Assembly (NCBI GenBank): GCA_050010515.1
Contig: JBEKKX010000019.1
Location: forward strand, 1 to 43,952
Direction of reading: 5' to 3'
DNA length: 43,952 nucleotides
Origin: Candidatus Bathyarchaeia archaeon
GTDB lineage: Archaea > Thermoproteota > Bathyarchaeia > Bathyarchaeales > Bathycorpusculaceae
Below, piece by piece: positions 28,337 through 38,209 of this stretch. Each line of letters begins with the position of its first letter. Within the stretch, counting starts at the first letter, position 1. Under the pieces are notes generated by a model. That model made no database searches, had not been told where the DNA came from, and was given only the letters and a program-made list of their open reading frames with translations. Both the position numbers and the translations under genes were made by a program.

Positions 28337-29434
28337 TTAGACTGAAATTTCCTCAGTTAAACCCGCTTCAGGATACACGAAGAGATGAGCCTTTTCAAGG
28401 GGATAATTTATTGTGACTTCTTCGCCGATTTCAACCCATTTTTCTGCTAATGAAGGCCTGTTTATTACCAACCGGTCTCCATTTTCAAGCCTAATTTCAT
28501 AACGAACCAGAGTTCCTTCAAAAGTAACCTTTTCAATTTTTCCAAGTAACCCGTTTTCAGTTGTGTCGTGTCCTTTTTTCATTTCGCAGGTTTCAGGTCT
28601 TATAGCTAAAACTATTCTTTCGCCTTGCTTTATGCCTGGATTTATGGCTTTAACTTTTAATCCCTCCCGTAACTCTACTTCAGAATATCCATCTGTCTGA
28701 GTGATGTAGCCTTCCAAAAAGTTGGATTCGCCAATAAAATGTGCAACAAACAAGCTATTTGGATCCATATAAAGTTCCTGCGGCGTTCCAATCTGCACGA
28801 TTTTCCCTTTCTTCATAACCGCAATCCTGTCTGAAATGGACATCGCTTCCGCCTGATCATGAGTAACATGTATAGCTGTTAGTTTGAGATCTTTTGTCAT
28901 TCTTCTGATTTCATATCGTATTTCGTTTCTTACTTTAGCATCCAACTGACCAAGGGGTTCATCTAAAAGCAAGGTTTTGGCGCCTGCAGCCAACGCGCGG
29001 GCAACGGCTATTCTTTGCATCATGCCGCCGCTTAGCTCGCTTGGGTAAGCGTCTAATCGTTCATCAAGTTTTACCAGTTCAAGAACTTCATGCCCAATCG
29101 TGTCAGCTTCTTTAGCATCGTAATTTTTAACTTTTGGTCCATAAAGAACGTTGCCCCAAGCAGTCATATGCGGAAACAACGCGAAAGTTTGGAAAACAAA
29201 GCCGATGTCTCGGTCTTCAGGAGGAACCTTATCAACGCGTTTATCCTCGATGTAGATTTCACCGCTGTCAGGCTCAATTAGTCCCGCTATAAGCCGCAGA
29301 AGCGTTGTTTTTCCACATCCGCTTGGTCCAAGCAGAGCGAAGTATTCTTGGTCGTGTATCGTTAAGCTAATGTTGTCTAATGCATAGATTTTTCCGTACT
29401 TTTTGGTTACGTTTACGATTCGGACATTAGGCAT
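28337..29434 (-). CDS. ABC transporter ATP-binding subunit (PotA/FbpC/CysA-like, TOBE domain)
   Basis: [29 protein letters not shown]-terminal AIRPE. Confidence 0.93.
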   Translation of the reverse strand: MPNVRIVNVTKKYGKIYALDNISLTIHDQEYFALLGPSGCGKTTLLRLIAGLIEPDSGEIYIEDKRVDKVPPEDRDIGFVFQTFALFPHMTAWGNVLYGPKVKNYDAKEADTIGHEVLELVKLDERLDAYPSELSGGMMQRIAVARALAAGAKTLLLDEPLGQLDAKVRNEIRYEIRRMTKDLKLTAIHVTHDQAEAMSISDRIAVMKKGKIVQIGTPQELYMDPNSLFVAHFIGESNFLEGYITQTDGYSEVELREGLKVKAINPGIKQGERIVLAIRPETCEMKKGHDTTENGLLGKIEKVTFEGTLVRYEIRLENGDRLVINRPSLAEKWVEIGEEVTINYPLEKAHLFVYPEAGLTEEISV

Positions 29435-29486
29435 AAGTTAACTCTCCCTTTTGAAAACCGTTTTATTGCTTTTATTAGTTATCATT

Positions 29487-31256
29487 CTAAACCTTTCCTT
29501 TTCGAGTTAAAAGTCTCAAAGCTAGCAATATTATGAAGCTGAACAGTATCAAGAAGCCGCATGCTAGACCAACTGTTAGCGCGTTGACTCCCGGGATTGG
29601 CGGTGTGACGCCTCTAAGAGAATTAACCCAGTTAACAAGCAGTACAGGCGCCGTCTGCAGTTTTGTAGATACAGCTAAAGTTGCGCCTGTTTCGCTTACA
29701 CTTCTCGTAAAAACAATTATTGCGCCAGAAAGAATCGAGTACTTTGTAAGCGGCAACACAATTGACCTGAAAACAGTGAAGGGTTTAGCGCCTAAGGTTT
29801 TGGCTGCTTCCTCCATGTCCAAGCTTATTCGCTCTATCGCCGCCGACATTGACCTGACAAAGTATGGATAAGTAATTGCCAAGTGTGCAAAGACCAATAA
29901 AAGAAATTCAGGCATGCCTGCGATTCCTTGCCAGAAAAACTTCAGTGAGATTCCTAAAGCGATGGATGGCACTATTATCGGGACGTTAATTAGCGTGTCA
30001 AGGATTGTTGAGGGCAATTTGCCGAATGTTTTACGCGCAATCAGTATCGCCATAGGTATGCCGAGGATGATTCCTAAAACTGTTACTATAGCGGCTAAGC
30101 CATATGAGAGAAGTAGGCTTTGCCAAAAACTTGACCATATTCCTGAACCAGTGAAAGCTTGAATTAAAGTGGTTCCGGTAGCGATTGCTTGAAAAGCTGG
30201 CAGCGCCACGAAAAGTGAAGGAATCAACACTATCACTATGAAAACCAACAATGCAAGGCTGTTACGTGTGGCAGCTGGTTTTTGGTAGCTTAATTTCTTT
30301 TCCAAAACTGGCAAGCCATGACCAAAGGGCAGCTTTATTCTGGTTCCTAAGATTTGTATTAAACCGAAAATAGTTAGTGAAACAGCAATTAAAATTAAGC
30401 TTGTAAAGACTGTTGCTCCTTCATAAGTGGCTTGAGGAATTAAACCATTTTTAAATTGATTGCTTAAGGTTTGGAGGAAGACTGGCCCATTCAAGAAGGC
30501 TCCTGCTACAATAAAGGTGGCTCCTGTTTCTGAAAGAGACCTAGCAAATGCGAGCGAGAACGCTGCAATTAATGAGGGCTTAATAATGGGAAAAGTCACT
30601 GTTCTTGAAGCTGTTAACGGTGGAGCACCAAGAGTTCTTGAAGCACGTTCGTACTCCATCTTATAATCGAGCAATGAGCCTACAATAACTCGGACGACAA
30701 CTGGTAATGAAAACGTAAACTGCAAAAGCATAACAAGAAGCCAGCCCGGAGAAACAAGCGACGAACCAAATAGTGCCGATATTCCCCCGCTTGAACTCCA
30801 AAACAGCAAAAGCGAATAACCCAAGGCGGCTGTTGGCACAACGAAGGGAATGTCCGCCAAAGTGTCAAGAACACTTAGCCACCTCGATTTTCCTCTCGTG
30901 ATAAACCAAGCCAATGGAACGCCGGCGATTAGATCCAATGCGGAAACAGTCAACGCTATTATGAAGGAGTTTTTAATTGAGCTTAGAGCTGTATTCATTA
31001 AGGCGGGTTGGTCAATGACGTTTTGAACTGTCCCGATTTTTATCAATATGCCAATTATGGGCGGAATAAGAATTATTGCAAAAAAGACGATGATTGCGGA
31101 AAGGTAGAGGGAGTACTTTAAAGGTTTTTTAGAAGACAATGCGTTGAGTGTGTTCCACAGTTTGCTAAGCACGGTACTGCTCCCGTTTTTAAGCCGCGTT
31201 TTGCTTAAGGGAACGTTAATTAATTGTTCAAGTATATTAGTTGTTACTTTAAACAC
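29487..31256 (-). CDS. ABC transporter permease with two fused permease domains
   Basis: two EAA loops (YERASRTLGA, MEEAAKTLGA), each followed by RS(L/V)SETGAT; start uncertain. Confidence 0.9.
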   Translation of the reverse strand: MFKVTTNILEQLINVPLSKTRLKNGSSTVLSKLWNTLNALSSKKPLKYSLYLSAIIVFFAIILIPPIIGILIKIGTVQNVIDQPALMNTALSSIKNSFIIALTVSALDLIAGVPLAWFITRGKSRWLSVLDTLADIPFVVPTAALGYSLLLFWSSSGGISALFGSSLVSPGWLLVMLLQFTFSLPVVVRVIVGSLLDYKMEYERASRTLGAPPLTASRTVTFPIIKPSLIAAFSLAFARSLSETGATFIVAGAFLNGPVFLQTLSNQFKNGLIPQATYEGATVFTSLILIAVSLTIFGLIQILGTRIKLPFGHGLPVLEKKLSYQKPAATRNSLALLVFIVIVLIPSLFVALPAFQAIATGTTLIQAFTGSGIWSSFWQSLLLSYGLAAIVTVLGIILGIPMAILIARKTFGKLPSTILDTLINVPIIVPSIALGISLKFFWQGIAGMPEFLLLVFAHLAITYPYFVRSMSAAIERISLDMEEAAKTLGAKPFTVFRSIVLPLTKYSILSGAIIVFTRSVSETGATLAVSTKLQTAPVLLVNWVNSLRGVTPPIPGVNALTVGLACGFLILFSFIILLALRLLTRKGKV

Positions 31257-31362
31257 GCTTTTTTTCCATAGTTTTTCGATAAAGTATATAGTTCAATGCT
31301 AAAACAACTAAATTATAGAGGGGCGTGGCTTTTTCAGCGTTAATAGTGACGGAATCTATCAA

Positions 31363-31601
31363 TTTTAAACTCTGGCTGCTCAATTTTTAGGTAATGCGTT
31401 TTGCAAGAGAGGTTGTTTTCTTGCTTATTCGCTAAATTAGAGCCAGTTTTGGTCAGGAAAATGATTTACAATGTATTACCTAACAGGTAACACAGAAAAT
31501 AATCAAAAATGGCAAAATAAAGCTCCTTTACAGCTAAGAAGCAAAAATAACGCCTTACCAAAAAACATATTACCTAAAAATTAAGCAGTTAGGGTTAAAA
31601 A
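31363..31601. mobile_element. MITE-like element with ~40-bp imperfect terminal inverted repeats
   Basis: core 31376-31402 versus 31562-31588 matches 24/27 as an inverted repeat and extends imperfectly to about 40 bp; AT-rich non-coding interior. Confidence 0.5.
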
Positions 31602-31713
31602 ATAAAAACAGTGTATTTTGTTGATTTAGTAGGGGGCAATGTTTGTCATTGAGAGGGTAATCAACTGAATAATTGCCTCACTTTTGCCTGACCTTTAATT
31701 TTTGTTTTGATTG

Positions 31714-32367
31714 TTATCTTAAGGTTACTTTTTCGCCGGTTGCAATGTAGACTACGGCTTCCATTATGTGGTTCGCGTGATCCGCAATACGTTCAAGATA
31801 TCTTACTACGAGCGTACTTGAGACGGTGCACTCGTTTGTGATGCCTGCCTCCTTCACAAGTTTGCCCAGATACTCAAGGTACATGTCATCCACTCCTTGC
31901 TCGTTTTTAGTCATTTTCTTAACGAGTTCCGTATCTAGGCTTTTAAGGGAGTTAATGCTTATCGTGACCATTTGTAGAACTTTTTCAGCCATTTTCTCTA
32001 TGTACTCAAAGATCCATTTATCACATGTGCTTTGTCCATTGAAACGCGTGCTGATAAAGGATATGTCCCAGGCATATCTGCCGTAACGTTCAAAATCGTA
32101 TGCGACTTTCATGTAAGAGTTTATGATTCGTAAGTCAGAAGCTACAGGCTGATATTTAACTATCAAACTAAAAGCTTTTTCCTCAACCTCAACAGTATTA
32201 CCTACGAGAATTTCGGAGAGTTCATGCACATCGTTGGAGGTGTCTTTACCTTCAAGAAATCCTCTTACTGATCTTGCCACGGCTTTCTCGGCGACTTTCC
32301 CCATCTTGTAAACCATTGTTGTTAATTCTTCTAAGCCTTTATCTAACAGTCTTTGCATAATGTTCAC
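31714..32367 (-). CDS. phoU: phosphate signalling protein PhoU
   Basis: YQPVASDLR, DFERYGRYA, YLERIADHA. Confidence 0.92.
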   Translation of the reverse strand: MNIMQRLLDKGLEELTTMVYKMGKVAEKAVARSVRGFLEGKDTSNDVHELSEILVGNTVEVEEKAFSLIVKYQPVASDLRIINSYMKVAYDFERYGRYAWDISFISTRFNGQSTCDKWIFEYIEKMAEKVLQMVTISINSLKSLDTELVKKMTKNEQGVDDMYLEYLGKLVKEAGITNECTVSSTLVVRYLERIADHANHIMEAVVYIATGEKVTLR

Positions 32368-32368
32368 T

Positions 32369-33154
32369 TTACCCGAACTTTCCAGTTATGTATTTTTCTG
32401 TTAACTCACTTTTTGGGTTCTCAAATACTTCGGAAGTTGTGTCGAACTCTATAAGCTGACCTAGATACATGAAAGCGGTGAAATCCGAAACACGAGCAGC
32501 CTGCTGCATATTATGCGTCACAATTATAATCGTAAACTCCTTCTTAAGCGCAACAATTGACTCTTCAATTTTAGCGGTGGCGATAGGGTCAAGAGCGGAG
32601 CAGGGCTCATCCATTAGAATAACTTCTGGCTCAACCGCAAGAGTTCGTGCTATGCATAGTCTCTGCTGTTGTCCCCCAGACAAGTTAACTCCCGATTTCT
32701 TGAGATCATCTTTGACTTCGTCCCAGAGGAAAGCCATCCGAAGACTTCTCTCTGCCACGCTGTCAAGCGTCTCTTTGTTTCTTACACCAGCGAGTTTCAA
32801 GCCTGCTATCGCATTATCGTATATAGACATTGTTGGAAAGGGATTGGCCTTCTGGAAGACCATGCCTATTCTTCTGCGGATTGCAACTGGATCAACTTGT
32901 GGAGAATAGATGTTTACTCCATCTAAAATGACCTCTCCTTCGACTTTTGCATTTGGAGTCAATTCGTGAATTCGGTTGAGGCATCTTATCAATGTAGTTT
33001 TTCCACATCCGGAAGGACCCATAATAGCAGTTACCCTATTTTCAGGGAAGTTTAAGTTGATCCCATTCAGAACCTGGACTTTGCCAAATCTAGCTTTCAA
33101 GTCTTTCGTTGCCAGCTTTACTGTCGATAAATCCAGGTTTTTATGTTTACTTAT
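32369..33154 (-). CDS. pstB: phosphate ABC transporter ATPase; start probably upstream of 33100 (ATA at 33154 or CTG at 33136)
   Basis: [59 protein letters not shown]. Confidence 0.95.
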   Translation of the reverse strand: MSKHKNLDLSTVKLATKDLKARFGKVQVLNGINLNFPENRVTAIMGPSGCGKTTLIRCLNRIHELTPNAKVEGEVILDGVNIYSPQVDPVAIRRRIGMVFQKANPFPTMSIYDNAIAGLKLAGVRNKETLDSVAERSLRMAFLWDEVKDDLKKSGVNLSGGQQQRLCIARTLAVEPEVILMDEPCSALDPIATAKIEESIVALKKEFTIIIVTHNMQQAARVSDFTAFMYLGQLIEFDTTSEVFENPKSELTEKYITGKFG

Positions 33155-33214
33155 TTTTAACTGCCCCTCCTAACATGATTTTGTAGTTGGCCCATTGAAT
33201 TTTAATATTTACCA

Positions 33215-34090
33215 CTATAATTCCATCCTTCTTCCTGTTAAATTTCTTCCCATTGTAAGCTTGACCAAAAGATTCAACGCGAGCATAATGAGTATTAGAA
33301 CTAAAGCTGCTCCCCACGCCTGAGTTTGCCAAGATGCATACGGAGAAGTGCCGTAGTTGTAGATGAGAATTGTTAATGAGGCTGTTGGCTGAAATAAACT
33401 TGTTGCAAAGTGCTCGCTTGTGGCCGCTGTCAATAATAATGGAGCTGTCTCTCCTGTTGCACGTGCCACAGCCAACAGTATGCCAGTTAAGAGCCCATTT
33501 TTCCCTGTGCTTATAACGACTCTGAGCACGGTTTTCCATCTTGGGATTCCAAGAGCCATCGAGGCTTCTCTCAAAGTCATTGGGACAAGCTTCAGAGATT
33601 CACCTGTTGTCCTTGCAATAATGGGAATCATTACTAAACTTAAAGCGACACCGCCTGCAAAAGCAGAAAATTGTTTGGTAGTCAATACAATTACAATGAA
33701 AATGAACAGTCCTAACACCATTGAAGGAAATCCAGTAAGCACATCGTTCATAAAACTTGAAACTGTGGAAAGCTGAGATGTAGACCATTCTGAAAAAAAG
33801 ATGCCTGCTCCAACACCAATTGGTACCGAGATAAGGGCAGCTAAACCCACCATTGTAAAAGAACCGACTAGTGCATTAGCTATTCCTCCGCCGGGAACAT
33901 TCGGCGCAGTCGGCAAATGAGTTAAGAAGCCTATATTTATGGCTGACCCCCCTCGTATGAAAACGTCTCCGAGAATGAATATTAGGGGTATTACGGCTAG
34001 AACCACAGCTACTAGCACTAATATGGTCATTAACTTGTCAACGATTTTTCGCCAGAGCGAAATACTCGCGGGCAGATTAGATTTTGTCAT
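33215..34090 (-). CDS. pstA: phosphate ABC transporter permease
   Basis: GGIANALVG, LREASMALG, ARATGETAPLL, AWGAALVL. Confidence 0.94.
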   Translation of the reverse strand: MTKSNLPASISLWRKIVDKLMTILVLVAVVLAVIPLIFILGDVFIRGGSAINIGFLTHLPTAPNVPGGGIANALVGSFTMVGLAALISVPIGVGAGIFFSEWSTSQLSTVSSFMNDVLTGFPSMVLGLFIFIVIVLTTKQFSAFAGGVALSLVMIPIIARTTGESLKLVPMTLREASMALGIPRWKTVLRVVISTGKNGLLTGILLAVARATGETAPLLLTAATSEHFATSLFQPTASLTILIYNYGTSPYASWQTQAWGAALVLILIMLALNLLVKLTMGRNLTGRRMEL

Positions 34091-34105
34091 ATCCGCAACT
34101 GCCTC

Positions 34106-35035
34106 TCAAACTTTAACCTGTGTTCCACGAGTCATCCTCCAGAGCAGAAGTCGGGCAAAAACGTTAATTAATAAAGCCACAAGAAACAGAATTAGTCCTA
34201 TTTCAATTATGGCGGATTCATAAAGTCCTGAAGACTCGCCGAATTCATTTGCTATTAGCGAAGATAAAGTGTAACCCGGCGAAAACAAATTTGCAGTAAT
34301 TGTAGGAATGTTGCCGATCACCATGGTGACAGCCATTGTTTCGCCGACTGCACGTCCCAGCCCCAAAATGAACGCACCAAATATACCCGACCGGGCATAG
34401 GGCAAGACGCTTTTCTGCGTGACTTCCCATTCTGTAGCGCCAAGCGAGTACATAGCTTCACGCTGACTATTTGGAACCGCATTCAAAACATCTCTAGAAA
34501 CTGCAGATATTGTTGGAATAATCATTATGGCTAATATGACTCCAGCAGTAAAAAAATTAAATCCATAAGGAGTTCCCGAGAATAATGGGATGAAACCAAG
34601 AGAATTATGTAGGGGCTTTTCCACATAATCACGCAATAACGGAGCCAGGATTAATATCCCCCATAAACCGTAAATAACACTGGGCACAGCCGCTAGGAGA
34701 TCAACTATTGTTCCTAATAGATAACCAAAGGTTTGATGGCTTTTTAGCTTCTCTGAGATAAAGATAGCTACTCCCAAGCTAATTGGGAGTCCTATGATAA
34801 TGGCAATTGCTGATGTTAACAATGTTCCATAAATAAACGGCAAAGCACCAAGTACATCCTTACTTGGGTCCCACTTTGATCCAATCAAAAAGGCTGGTCC
34901 GAATTTGTATATTGAGGGGGCTGCACCCAGATAAAGTTCAACTGCAAGTGCAACAAGAAGACCTATAATGAATAAAGCTGCAGCGGCAAGAAGGATTTTT
35001 AATATTGTGTCTCCTCTTAACAGTTTGAATCGCAA
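34106..35035 (-). CDS. pstC: phosphate ABC transporter permease
   Basis: LAAVPSVIYGLWG, MIIPTI, LGRAVGETMAV, IANEFGE. Confidence 0.94.
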   Translation of the reverse strand: MRFKLLRGDTILKILLAAAALFIIGLLVALAVELYLGAAPSIYKFGPAFLIGSKWDPSKDVLGALPFIYGTLLTSAIAIIIGLPISLGVAIFISEKLKSHQTFGYLLGTIVDLLAAVPSVIYGLWGILILAPLLRDYVEKPLHNSLGFIPLFSGTPYGFNFFTAGVILAIMIIPTISAVSRDVLNAVPNSQREAMYSLGATEWEVTQKSVLPYARSGIFGAFILGLGRAVGETMAVTMVIGNIPTITANLFSPGYTLSSLIANEFGESSGLYESAIIEIGLILFLVALLINVFARLLLWRMTRGTQVKV

Positions 35036-35099
35036 TTTTGCGTCCTCAGTATTTTTTCGTTAGCATGAAAAAAGATGGGGCGGAATAACCCATTAAATC

Positions 35100-36275
35100 C
35101 TAGCTTATTGGCGTTCCGTTGTAGGTTATCAACTTGAGTGTTGCATCGTCAACGGTGACTATGTTAGCTGGCAATGGAACGTAGCCTAACCCTTTTCCTA
35201 ATGATTGACCTGAGTTCACAATCCATGAAAGGAAGTTGACGGTAGCAGCACTTTCAGCATAACTGCGGCTGTTATAATTCTGTTCTTGATATACCAGAGC
35301 GTAAGTCATGGTCACAATTGGGTAGGCAGTAGTGGCTGCTGTATCGTTGAATATGTTGTTGACTATAGAGACACTTGTCCATGCAGCATTTCCCGCTGGA
35401 AGACCAACAGCGGCTCCTGCTTGAAGCGCGGCTGCTATGTTTGTCACGCTAGCTAGGATATAGTTGCCTGCTGCGTTTTGAACGGTGCCATAGTAAAGTG
35501 AGCTTTGACCTGTGTTTTCAAGTATATAGGCAATTTCAAGCGGACCGATCGCGCCATTGGTTTCAGAAATGGCTGCTGCTACACCAGCATTTTTGGGAGC
35601 CGCTATTTGAGCTGGAGCGGTTGGCCAAGCTGGAGAAGTACTTGGCTTTCCAACCTGTGATGCCCAGGTACTGCTTGAATCATATAAGAAATTGGTGAAG
35701 GCGAACATGGTTCCGCTTCCGTCTGAGCGGTGAACTGTGGTTATTAACGTATTAGGCAAAGGTATGGTTGGATTTAGAGCTGTGATTTTGGGATCATTCC
35801 ACTTCGTTATGGTTCCTAAGAAAATGTCAGCGAGAACTGCGCCTGTGAATTTGAGGCCATCCTGACAAACTGTACCGTTAGCAAGCTTTAAGTTATATGC
35901 TGGTACGACTGCGCTGGCGGATATTGGTATGGTTAGAGCGGTTGTGCCTGAGGGAAGTGCTGCGTACTGTGTCGCCGTCATTGGTGCATCCGATTCGCCG
36001 AAATCTACTAATTGCTTTGTAAAATCAGTAATTCCGGTACCGCTTCCAACGGGATTGTAGTTAACTGTTATTTGGGGTTCGGCTGATCCGTAGGCTCCTT
36101 GCCAAACAGTCATTAACGGGTAGACAAGTGTACCTCCTGCTCCGTTTACTGTTGCTGCCGCTAGTGTTGAAGTAGACTTCTTTGCGGGAGTTGATAAGTA
36201 TATGTAAGCGAAGACTCCTCCTATGATGATAACGATTACAACAATTGCTGCTATAATTATATACGTATTTTTCAT
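35100..36275 (-). CDS. pstS: phosphate ABC transporter substrate-binding protein
   Basis: GAGGT, GSGTG, FGESD, VHRSDGSGT, YPI; N-terminal membrane anchor. Confidence 0.93.
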   Translation of the reverse strand: MKNTYIIIAAIVVIVIIIGGVFAYIYLSTPAKKSTSTLAAATVNGAGGTLVYPLMTVWQGAYGSAEPQITVNYNPVGSGTGITDFTKQLVDFGESDAPMTATQYAALPSGTTALTIPISASAVVPAYNLKLANGTVCQDGLKFTGAVLADIFLGTITKWNDPKITALNPTIPLPNTLITTVHRSDGSGTMFAFTNFLYDSSSTWASQVGKPSTSPAWPTAPAQIAAPKNAGVAAAISETNGAIGPLEIAYILENTGQSSLYYGTVQNAAGNYILASVTNIAAALQAGAAVGLPAGNAAWTSVSIVNNIFNDTAATTAYPIVTMTYALVYQEQNYNSRSYAESAATVNFLSWIVNSGQSLGKGLGYVPLPANIVTVDDATLKLITYNGTPIS

Positions 36276-36329
36276 TTTTTTACACTTCAATAAAGCACTA
36301 TTTAGTGCTTTATTATATGAGTGTGCTCT

Positions 36330-36352
36330 CCATAAACACCATAGACTATATA
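36330..36352. promoter_or_regulatory. putative Pho-box-like motif, copy 1
   Basis: CCATAAA-N4-ATAGACTATATA upstream of pstS; recurs at 36759-36781. Confidence 0.55.
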
Positions 36353-36437
36353 TAAAATCAAAACACGTATGTATAATAACGTAATATTATATAACGACAG
36401 AGAAATCTAAACATAAAATGCATAAAAATGCTTAGAT

Positions 36438-36578
36438 GTGACAATTGCAAAGACAACAGAAAACAAGGAACAAAGAAAATTCCAATTTACAAGTGGATCT
36501 ACATTTCTTCTTTCACTGCCAAATCAACGGATAACGCAAAATCAGCTTAGAGGGCGAGCCTGCACCAGAACCATTTAA
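36438..36578 (+). pseudogene. truncated N-terminus of a second AbrB-PhoU regulator
   Basis: translates as ENKEQRKFQFTSGSTFLLSLPNQRITQNQLR, which aligns to QNEEQRKLQVTGGSTFILSLPKDWAIRNELK of the gene at 36820. Confidence 0.8.
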
Positions 36579-36691
36579 GTTATTGATAGGGGCTGTGGAT
36601 CGGTTTGTGATAGGTAAGCGTATGTTGCTACTGTGCCTATTATTGTGGCGATGGCAAATATTGCGATTATAGCTGTATATTTAGGTCTCAT
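36575..36691 (-). pseudogene. truncated N-terminus (membrane anchor only) of a probable solute-binding protein
   Basis: MRPKYTAIIAIFAIATIIGTVATYAYLSQTDPQPLSIT-stop, resembling the PstS anchor (…FAYIYLS). Confidence 0.6.
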
Positions 36692-36758
36692 ATTTTTAGA
36701 TACTCGTTTTTTTATAACTAAAAAAGCAAGAATTTTATATAGTAAATTTAGTAAATAT

Positions 36759-36781
36759 CCATAAAATTTATAGTCTATATA
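36759..36781. promoter_or_regulatory. putative Pho-box-like motif, copy 2
   Basis: CCATAAA-N4-ATAGTCTATATA upstream of the regulator and of the truncated binding-protein gene. Confidence 0.55.
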
Positions 36782-36819
36782 GATATAACTAATATATTGA
36801 TGCACCATAAAAAAGTAAC

Positions 36820-37881
36820 TTGGCGTCAAACGTGACTAAAGAAGTTGAAAAGCAAAACGAAGAACAACGCAAACTTCAGGTGACAGGCGGATCAACATTC
36901 ATACTCTCATTACCCAAAGATTGGGCGATTCGAAATGAGCTTAAAAGAGGAAGTTCAATGGTGGTCCGCGAGGAAGACGATGGATCCCTCTCAATCGCGC
37001 CTTCAAAATTTGTAAAAAAAGAAAAGCAAGATGAAGCCTACATCAAGGCATCGTTAAACGATAACCCTGACGCCGTTATGAGAACAGCAATTTCCGCCTA
37101 TTTAGACGGCTTCAACATTCTACACATTAGAGCGCAAGGACAAAAAGTGCTCTCCTCAAAACTTCGAAATCACCTCAAAAATTTTGCCAGACACTACTTG
37201 GTTGGAACAGAAATCGTAATTGACACCCCAACCGAATTGACTCTGCAGGTTCTGCTTAATTATCCTGAACTCACGGTTCAAAATGCACTCAGCCGAATGT
37301 CAATAATCGCCTCATCCATGCATAAAGAAGCTATGGCTTCATTAAAGAAGCTGGATTATTCAGCTGCAAAATCGGTTATTGAAACTGACCGTGAAGTAAA
37401 CCGCTTTGGCCTGTACATAGTGCGTCTGCTGAAGCTGGCGGTTTCAAACCCGAGAATCGTCAAAGAAATCGGATTAAACAACCAGAAAGACTGTTTGGGT
37501 TATAGGCTAATAGCGAAATCCGTTGAGAGAACCGCTGATCACGCAACCAAAATCGCTGAAAATACACTCCAGTTAAAAGAGCTTGTAAATGATGACCTTT
37601 TACAAAAAATGGACCTGTTAAGCAGTTTGGCTAACTCAATGTTTGAGAGCTCTATGGACGCATTGTTTAGGCACGACTTTAACTTGGCTGAGAGCGTAAT
37701 TGAAAAGATAAGCCAAGTGCATAAATTAGAGAAGGACACAGTTCTTAACTTGCAAAATGCCAAGATCGAAGAGATCGTTAACTTGCGACTAGTGATTGAG
37801 AGTGTGCGGCGAACAGCGGAGTATGCCAGTGACATTTCTGAAGTTGTGCTAAACTTAAATGTAGACTCAGTTCTGGGCTAG
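36820..37881 (+). CDS. archaeal phosphate uptake regulator (N-terminal AbrB domain plus PhoU repeats)
   Basis: RKLQVTGGSTFILSLPKDW, ETDREVNRF, ERTADHA, RRTAEYASDISE. Confidence 0.92.
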   Translation: MASNVTKEVEKQNEEQRKLQVTGGSTFILSLPKDWAIRNELKRGSSMVVREEDDGSLSIAPSKFVKKEKQDEAYIKASLNDNPDAVMRTAISAYLDGFNILHIRAQGQKVLSSKLRNHLKNFARHYLVGTEIVIDTPTELTLQVLLNYPELTVQNALSRMSIIASSMHKEAMASLKKLDYSAAKSVIETDREVNRFGLYIVRLLKLAVSNPRIVKEIGLNNQKDCLGYRLIAKSVERTADHATKIAENTLQLKELVNDDLLQKMDLLSSLANSMFESSMDALFRHDFNLAESVIEKISQVHKLEKDTVLNLQNAKIEEIVNLRLVIESVRRTAEYASDISEVVLNLNVDSVLG

Positions 37882-38209
37882 TTTTTTTAATGTCCTTTTT
37901 TCTTGACGCTCGGTTAAGAATGCTATCTCTGCATTTAAATGAATGAATAATAACGGTTAAGTTTGGCTGTTTAGGTTGAAGATAGCATTTGCCCTTTAAA
38001 GGTAATGATTGAATGGGGCTTCACCTATTTGGACAAAGTTTGATGGCAGAAAGCATAGGCTAATCTTGATGCCAAGTCTTGGTCCGCCTTAAATTTTACA
38101 TGTTTTATTCGTTTTTTTCTCCTATTTTTCGATTTTAAGAAAATAAAGTGATATATGCCTGCTCTGTCTCTCATCCATTTAGTGACGTGCTAAGTTAAGC
38201 TATTTCGGT

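Noticed and set aside
28020-28340. 106 aa plus-strand ORF
   Set aside because: It is the antisense reading of the duplicated pstB/phoU fragments.
28105-32127. Diversity-generating retroelement TR/VR pair
   Set aside because: Only two mismatches and no reverse transcriptase in the window; a duplication relic explains the repeat better.
36692-36829. N-terminal extension of the 84 aa minus-strand ORF
   Set aside because: It runs through AT-rich promoter DNA; only the part from the ATG at 36691 looks coding.
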